Positions 56,060 through 61,231 of a stretch of DNA of 61,231 bases are shown in pieces. The position numbers and the translations under genes are program-made. The stretch is taken from positions 1 through 61,231 of the forward strand of contig CAKOMQ010000005.1 in assembly GCA_934096715.1 (NCBI GenBank), written 5' to 3'. The notes under the pieces are model-generated. The model saw only the letters and a program-made list of their open reading frames with translations, was not told where the DNA came from and searched no databases. The DNA is from an uncultured Bacilli bacterium (lineage in GTDB: Bacteria; Bacillota_I; Bacilli_A; RF39; UBA660). Position 1 is the first letter of the stretch. Each line of letters begins with the position of its first letter.

Positions 56060-56480
56060 GAAAGGTAAATTTTTATTAGGAGCAGGAATTGGAGTTGGAT
56101 TAGGACTATTATTAGCGCCTCAATCTGGAAAGAAAACAAGAGCAGACTTGTCTAAGAAAACTAAAGAATTAATTGAAAAGGCAAAAGAAATAGATGTTGA
56201 AGAAGTTAAAAATTCTTTAGTAGCTAAAGTACAAGAATTACAAGACGCTATTAAAGACATGGATAAAGAAAAAGCAACAGAAATTGCTCGTGAAAAAGCT
56301 GAAGTAGTTAGAAATAAAGCTCAAGAATTAGTTGATATTGCAGTAGAAAAAGGAACTCCAGTAGTAGAAAAGGCTGCTAAAGAAGTTAAAGTTAAAACTG
56401 CTAAAATATTATCTGATACTGCTAAAAAATTAGATGATGACTCTAAAAAAATAAAAAAATCTGCTAAAGAAACTAAGTAG
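56052..56480 (+). CDS. YtxH-like protein
   Basis: GKFLLGAGIGVGLGLLLAPQSGKKTR signature. SD GGAGGAAG before ATG 56052. Confidence 0.7.
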   Translation: MSKKGKFLLGAGIGVGLGLLLAPQSGKKTRADLSKKTKELIEKAKEIDVEEVKNSLVAKVQELQDAIKDMDKEKATEIAREKAEVVRNKAQELVDIAVEKGTPVVEKAAKEVKVKTAKILSDTAKKLDDDSKKIKKSAKETK

Positions 56481-56593
56481 TGTAAAGCTACTTTTTTTTA
56501 TGAAAGAATAAAAAAAGTGGTCGATTATTAATTGCTTTTGTATATATACTTGTAAAAAAGAATTTGCTATAATAAAGTAGAAAGGAGTCTAAG

Positions 56594-56989
56594 ATGTACG
56601 ATTATATTGAATATGATTATGGAATGATTGATTCAGTTTTTGGAGCAATGTTTGGTGGAGCTTATCTTTCAATAGTTAGTATTTATACAATACTTTGCTT
56701 GGTTGGAACGTGGAAAATGTTTACTAAAGCAGGACAAGCTGGTTGGAAAAGTTTAATTCCTATTTATAATTTGTGGGTATTATTTCAAATTGCTGGTAAA
56801 CCTGGATGGTATGCACTATTATTGTGGGTTCCAATTCTAAATGTAATACTTTTAATATTTATGTATATTAATATTTCTAAAGCATTTGGTAAATCTGGAT
56901 TATATGCATTAGGATTATTACTACTAAATCCAATTTTTACTATAATACTTGGATTCGATAATTCTGTATACGACAAAAATAACATTTAA
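56594..56989 (+). CDS. DUF5684-like small membrane protein
   Basis: WKMFTKAGQAGWKSLIPIYNLWVLFQIAGKPGWY pattern. Confidence 0.6.
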   Translation: MYDYIEYDYGMIDSVFGAMFGGAYLSIVSIYTILCLVGTWKMFTKAGQAGWKSLIPIYNLWVLFQIAGKPGWYALLLWVPILNVILLIFMYINISKAFGKSGLYALGLLLLNPIFTIILGFDNSVYDKNNI

Positions 56990-57065
56990 AAATACACACA
57001 AACGTGTATTTTTTTGATATAATAACTTTATGATAGAGAGAACGTTTAGTTAGGGAGAAGTTATT

Positions 57066-57614
57066 ATGTTGTTTTATATTTTTTTAGTTATAATATTTAT
57101 AATCATTGTTTATGCTTTTATTGTTTATAATATCTTTGTTAAATTAAATAATAAAGTGGATGAAGCATTTTCAACAATGGATGTCTATTTAAAGAAAAGA
57201 TGGGATTTAATTCCTAATCTAGTTGAAGTTGTTAAAGGTTATACTATTCATGAAAAGAATACTTTAAAAGAAGTTATTGATTTAAGAAATAATACTTATG
57301 ATAATTTAACAAGTGAAGAAAAAATAGAAACTAATGAAAGATTAAATCAAGAATTAGGTAAGATTATACTTTTAAAAGAGTCTTATCCTGAATTAAAAGC
57401 AAGTGATAGTTTTAATAAATTAACTAATGAACTAGTAAATATTGAAGAAGATATTGCTAATTCAAGAAAATATTATAATGGTATAGTTAGAATGTTTAAT
57501 AATAAAGTAGAAATGTTTCCTAGTAATATCTTTGCTAAATTATTTGGCTATAAAACTAAATTAATGTTTGAAGCTAAAAAGAGTGAAAGAAAAAATATTA
57601 AGGTGGATTTATAG
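57066..57614 (+). CDS. lemA: LemA family protein
   Basis: N-terminal TM segment and the typical LemA helical region (RKYYNGIVRMFNNKVEMFPSNIFA). Confidence 0.88.
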   Translation: MLFYIFLVIIFIIIVYAFIVYNIFVKLNNKVDEAFSTMDVYLKKRWDLIPNLVEVVKGYTIHEKNTLKEVIDLRNNTYDNLTSEEKIETNERLNQELGKIILLKESYPELKASDSFNKLTNELVNIEEDIANSRKYYNGIVRMFNNKVEMFPSNIFAKLFGYKTKLMFEAKKSERKNIKVDL

Positions 57615-57625
57615 TATAGGAGAAT

Positions 57626-59965
57626 ATGATGAAAAGAATAATAAAGGAGTTATTAATATTTACTATAATATCTATATTATATGTTATTCCTATAAATGGA
57701 TTTGCTATAACTAAAAATACATCATCTACTAATATAAATTATCAAGATAATCTAGAAGTAGGTAGCTTAGATTTTAAAAATATAACATTTAATAGTTTTA
57801 AAGTTAGAGAGTATAATGCGATTGGATTAAGTGGTCTTGTAACCAATAATTCTAATAATGATATTGATTATACAGCTACTATTTACTTGTATGATTTTAG
57901 TCGTAATTTAATAGCAGAGTGGGATAGTACTGCGACCGCTAAGAGTGGATCTAATAGCTTTAGTAGCATGGAAGACAGTGATATTTTAAATAATTATTTA
58001 GTAGATGATATATATTATTATAGTTTTAAAATAGATACTAATGAAATTGAAAATACATTATCTATTTATGGTAATTATACACCTAGTCAATTATCAGAAT
58101 ATAAATATAAAGATTATGTAATAGATAAATATAATATAGATATGGTTGTTAATAAAAATAATACTTTTGATATAACGGAGACTATAGTAGCTTATTTTAA
58201 TTATAGTAGACATGGAATTATTAGAAGTATTCCCAAGTTTAATGAACTAACTAGATTAGATGGTACAAGTTCTAAGAATAGAGCTCAAATAACTAATATA
58301 TATGTTAATAAAGATTATAAATCTTATAAAGAAAATAATTATTTAAAACTAAAAATAGGATCATCTATGGAACTTGTATCAGGTAAACAAGAATATGTTA
58401 TAAAGTATACTTATAATATAGGTAAAGATCCATTAAAAGATATTGATGAATTATATTATAATTTGATTGGAAATGAATGGGACACTGTAATTGGTAATAT
58501 ATCATTTAAAATTACTATGCCAGATAATTTTGATAAAAGTAAGTTAGGTTTTTCTTCTGGTCCACTTGGATATACAAGTAATAGTAATATTAAATATAAT
58601 ATTTCTGGTAATGTTATAACTGGTCAGTATGAAGGTATATTAGATCAAAAAGAAGCTTTAACAATAAGATGTGAACTTCCTGAAGGATATTTTGTTGGGA
58701 CAGGTTATGATGTTAATCCACTCACTTATATTTCCTATTTATTACCACTAGTATTTTTAATAATATCAATTATTATATGGTATAAATATGGTCGTGATGA
58801 TGACGTAGTTGAAACAATTGAATTTTATCCACCAAATGGAGTTAATAGCTTAGATGCAGGTTTTCTATATAAGGGTATAGCAGATAGTAAAGATGTAACC
58901 TCATTACTTATTTACTTAGCAAATCTTGGTTATATAAAAATAACAGAAACAGAAACTAAATTAGTATTTTCAAAAACTAAAGGATTTAAAATAACAAGAT
59001 TAAAAGAATATGATGGACAAAATAGAAATGAAGAATTATTCTTAAATGGATTATTTGATATCTCTAAAGTATCTTGGAATATATTTAATACTAATGAAGA
59101 TAGTTTAGTTGATAGAAATGTTGTTACTAATGATCAGTTATATGATAACTTTTATAGAACTAAAAATAAGATATTAAAAAATGTTAATAGTGATGAGAAT
59201 AAAGCAAGAGTATTTGATAAAAAATCTAATAAATATTCTAAAACTATTATTATAATGATTATATTATCTTATATAATGATATCTATCCCATCAACCCTAG
59301 AATTTGGAAATTTAGAGATGTTAATAGGTACACTTTTTATGACGCTTATGGGATTTGGTTTTATGATTTTAACTTTATTTGATAGTAATATGACTAAAAC
59401 AGCTTCATCATTAATATCACAAAAAATAATTGGTATAATAATAGGAATTATTTTTGGAGTAGTACCACTTGCATTTAATTTAATACCAACACTTGTATAT
59501 GATAAATTATATTTAATTGGTTATATATTAGGTATGTTTAGTATTATAGGAATGATTATAGTATTAAAAATATTACCAAGAAGAACTGAGTATGGTCGTG
59601 AAATGCTAGGTAAGTTAAAAGGATTTAAAAATTTCTTAGAAACTGCTGAAAAAGAAACATTAGAAGATATGGTTATGAAAGATCCAGAATATTTTTATAA
59701 CGTATTACCATATGCATATGTTTTAGGAGTTTCAAGTAAATGGATAAGTAAGTTTGAATCAATTAATTTAAGAGCACCAAATTGGTTAGATTCTACTAGT
59801 CCATTTGATATCCATACATTTAATACGTTTATGGATTCAACAATGTCTACTGCATTAAATTCAATGTCATCAACTCCAAGTAGTTCTGATGGTGGTTCAT
59901 CTAGTGGTGGTGGTCCATTTGATGGATATGGTGAAAGTGGCGACGGTGGCGGAAGCTCATGGTAG
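57626..59965 (+). CDS. DUF2207-like membrane protein with a G/S-rich C-terminal tail
   Basis: Follows lemA, which is a common pairing. Signal peptide, a large extracellular domain, several TM segments, and a C-terminal SSSDGGSSSGGG tail. Confidence 0.7.
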   Translation: MMKRIIKELLIFTIISILYVIPINGFAITKNTSSTNINYQDNLEVGSLDFKNITFNSFKVREYNAIGLSGLVTNNSNNDIDYTATIYLYDFSRNLIAEWDSTATAKSGSNSFSSMEDSDILNNYLVDDIYYYSFKIDTNEIENTLSIYGNYTPSQLSEYKYKDYVIDKYNIDMVVNKNNTFDITETIVAYFNYSRHGIIRSIPKFNELTRLDGTSSKNRAQITNIYVNKDYKSYKENNYLKLKIGSSMELVSGKQEYVIKYTYNIGKDPLKDIDELYYNLIGNEWDTVIGNISFKITMPDNFDKSKLGFSSGPLGYTSNSNIKYNISGNVITGQYEGILDQKEALTIRCELPEGYFVGTGYDVNPLTYISYLLPLVFLIISIIIWYKYGRDDDVVETIEFYPPNGVNSLDAGFLYKGIADSKDVTSLLIYLANLGYIKITETETKLVFSKTKGFKITRLKEYDGQNRNEELFLNGLFDISKVSWNIFNTNEDSLVDRNVVTNDQLYDNFYRTKNKILKNVNSDENKARVFDKKSNKYSKTIIIMIILSYIMISIPSTLEFGNLEMLIGTLFMTLMGFGFMILTLFDSNMTKTASSLISQKIIGIIIGIIFGVVPLAFNLIPTLVYDKLYLIGYILGMFSIIGMIIVLKILPRRTEYGREMLGKLKGFKNFLETAEKETLEDMVMKDPEYFYNVLPYAYVLGVSSKWISKFESINLRAPNWLDSTSPFDIHTFNTFMDSTMSTALNSMSSTPSSSDGGSSSGGGPFDGYGESGDGGGSSW

Positions 59966-59997
59966 CCACAATATAAATTATAGAAAAGGAAGTACGT

Positions 59998-60921
59998 ATG
60001 AAAAAAATTAAATATTTATTATTAGTTAGTGTTTTAACATTATTAACTGGTTGTGTTAAATTTAATGCAACTATGGACATTAAAAAAGATAAGTCAATGG
60101 GCTTTTCAATTATATATGCCTTTGATACATCATTATTTGGTAGTCAAGATTTATTAGAAGAATCTGATAAAAAAGAGTTGGAGTCACAAGGATTTATAGT
60201 AGAAGATTATAATCAAAACAATATGAAAGGATTTACTATTAAGAAGAGTATAAGTAATATAGATGATGTTAGTAGTACTAGTGACACTAATTACGATATG
60301 TCTGGATTACTTAATAATTCCACAGATAATAATTATTTCTTTAAGGTAAAGAAAGGTATATTAAAAAATACTTATATAGCTAAGTTTAAATTTGATGCTA
60401 AAGAAAGTGATTTAAATACTGATGAATCTAATGATACTTCATCTGGTGTTACAGATGATAGTGACTCTATTAATATGGATGATTTAGATTTATCTAGTAT
60501 GACATCTAACTTAGATTTAAGTTTTAATGTTAAACTACCATATTCATCTATTAGTAGTAATGCTACTACAAAGAATAATGATGGTAAAGAATTAACATGG
60601 AATTTATCTTCTAGCCAAGAAGAAATGATCGAGTTTGAATTTGAACTTTATAATATGACAAACATTTATATAGGAGCAGGTATTATACTAGTACTTCTAA
60701 TAATTATTATCATTTCTATTCTTAATAAAAAGAAAAATAAACCTATAAAAGAACAAGTTAATAATAATGTAGAACAAGAACCTGTAGTTAATAATTATCC
60801 TAATGAATCTGTACAAGAAGTTCCAAATATAAACCCCACAATTTCTCCAATAACTCTAGGAGCAAGTATTGGGGCTAGTCAAGTCGATAATACTAGTAAT
60901 GATGAACAAAATAATATTTAG
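59998..60921 (+). CDS. Lipoprotein with an additional C-terminal TM segment
   Basis: Lipobox LLTGC. TM segment IYIGAGIILVLLIIIIISIL near the C-terminus. Confidence 0.65.
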   Translation: MKKIKYLLLVSVLTLLTGCVKFNATMDIKKDKSMGFSIIYAFDTSLFGSQDLLEESDKKELESQGFIVEDYNQNNMKGFTIKKSISNIDDVSSTSDTNYDMSGLLNNSTDNNYFFKVKKGILKNTYIAKFKFDAKESDLNTDESNDTSSGVTDDSDSINMDDLDLSSMTSNLDLSFNVKLPYSSISSNATTKNNDGKELTWNLSSSQEEMIEFEFELYNMTNIYIGAGIILVLLIIIIISILNKKKNKPIKEQVNNNVEQEPVVNNYPNESVQEVPNINPTISPITLGASIGASQVDNTSNDEQNNI

Positions 60922-61003
60922 ATGTGAAGTTTTAGTTGCATATCTATACTAAAAATGATATGATTAATTTGATAATAAAAGAGAATAAAATTATTTAAAA
61001 ATT

Positions 61004-61192
61004 ATGAATTTTATGACCCGAAATTTTATACCGATAAGTTATAAAATTCCCCTTCAGAACGCTAAAAAGCCTACTGGGGGGGGGGTTGAGAAAATGAGTC
61101 TGATGTGTAAATATAGGGAAGTAAGTTCTTCTCTTTTTTATTTAGAAAAGAAGGAAGGTAGTCTGAAAACAAAAAACAAATTTATTTTATAG
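61004..61192 (+). CDS. Fourth copy of the G-tract leader ORF. The downstream partner gene is absent, decayed, or lies beyond the window.
   Basis: Homologous to 51305-51451 at the nucleotide level. Reads through G10 in frame (…PTGGGVEKMSLMCKYREV…). Confidence 0.35.
   Translation: MNFMTRNFIPISYKIPLQNAKKPTGGGVEKMSLMCKYREVSSSLFYLEKKEGSLKTKNKFIL
61076..61085 (+). repeat. G10 homopolymer tract, fourth copy
   Basis: Counted directly: ctactGGGGGGGGGGttgag. Confidence 0.95.
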
Positions 61193-61231
61193 AATTAAGT
61201 AAAAAAGGGCAGACTTCCCCTTACCCCAAAG

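Noticed and set aside
495-56985. ORF-track entries lying antisense to or nested within longer genes: 495-689, 2484-2768, 6196-6402, 6926-7144, 9401-9607, 9576-9803, 9903-10220, 17604-17804, 21224-21412, 28605-28808, 31842-32054, 39132-39323, 42772-42966, 47641-47853, 48329-48523, 50751-51059, 51848-52051, 52349-52534, 52784-52972, 54927-55178, 55951-56139 and 56785-56985.
   Set aside because: Each overlaps a longer ORF with recognisable conserved motifs or a clear family signature. They have biased L/F/I/S-rich translations typical of the reverse complement of AT-rich coding DNA, and no SD sequences. The 47641-47853 ORF also lies across the T-box leader.

Overview
This is a visibly AT-rich Firmicutes chromosomal segment from a spore-former, judged from an intact pro-sigma-K gene, a cse60-like mini-ORF, and the gene orders dnaD-nth, recA-rny, sepF-divIVA and cdsA-rseP. 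No GC value was computed. The backbone is housekeeping: tRNA-Phe, glmS with its ribozyme, polA-mutM, cca, dnaD, nth, a RumA-type rRNA methyltransferase, deoD, recA, rny, sepF, divIVA, cdsA, rseP, ffh, murE, a GH31 glycosidase, T-box-controlled leuS, trmB and lemA/DUF2207. Accessory surface-protein genes are interspersed. Main observations follow. (1) A conserved leader cassette ending in AAAAAGCCTACT followed by G10 or G11 occurs four times (33976, 36953, 51376, 61076). In two tandem genes the G run separates the only usable start codon from the membrane anchor and body of large paralogous surface proteins, and both read OFF at G10. In the other two copies the run lies inside a short upstream ORF. 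Together this looks like a multi-locus slipped-strand phase-variation system for a paralogous surface-protein family. (2) A tandemly duplicated locus after mutM has the architecture of a type I toxin-antitoxin system: a 35-41 aa hydrophobic peptide, 5'/3' fold-back pairing, and a convergent antisense sRNA with its own promoter and terminator. A third, orphan sRNA copy lies after leuS. (3) LeuRS carries an in-frame ~130-150 aa insertion with a perfect Nudix box. (4) A DUF3800-like/DUF3644-like gene pair sits directly 3' of tRNA-Phe. (5) There are two paralogous cassettes, each a dockerin-bearing protein followed by a C-terminally anchored protein with a cadherin-like domain. (6) An iteron-like GGGTCAA array sits in a 700-bp non-coding gap. 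No transposase, integrase, CRISPR array or rRNA was seen. All family names come from motif recognition by eye; no database search was run.
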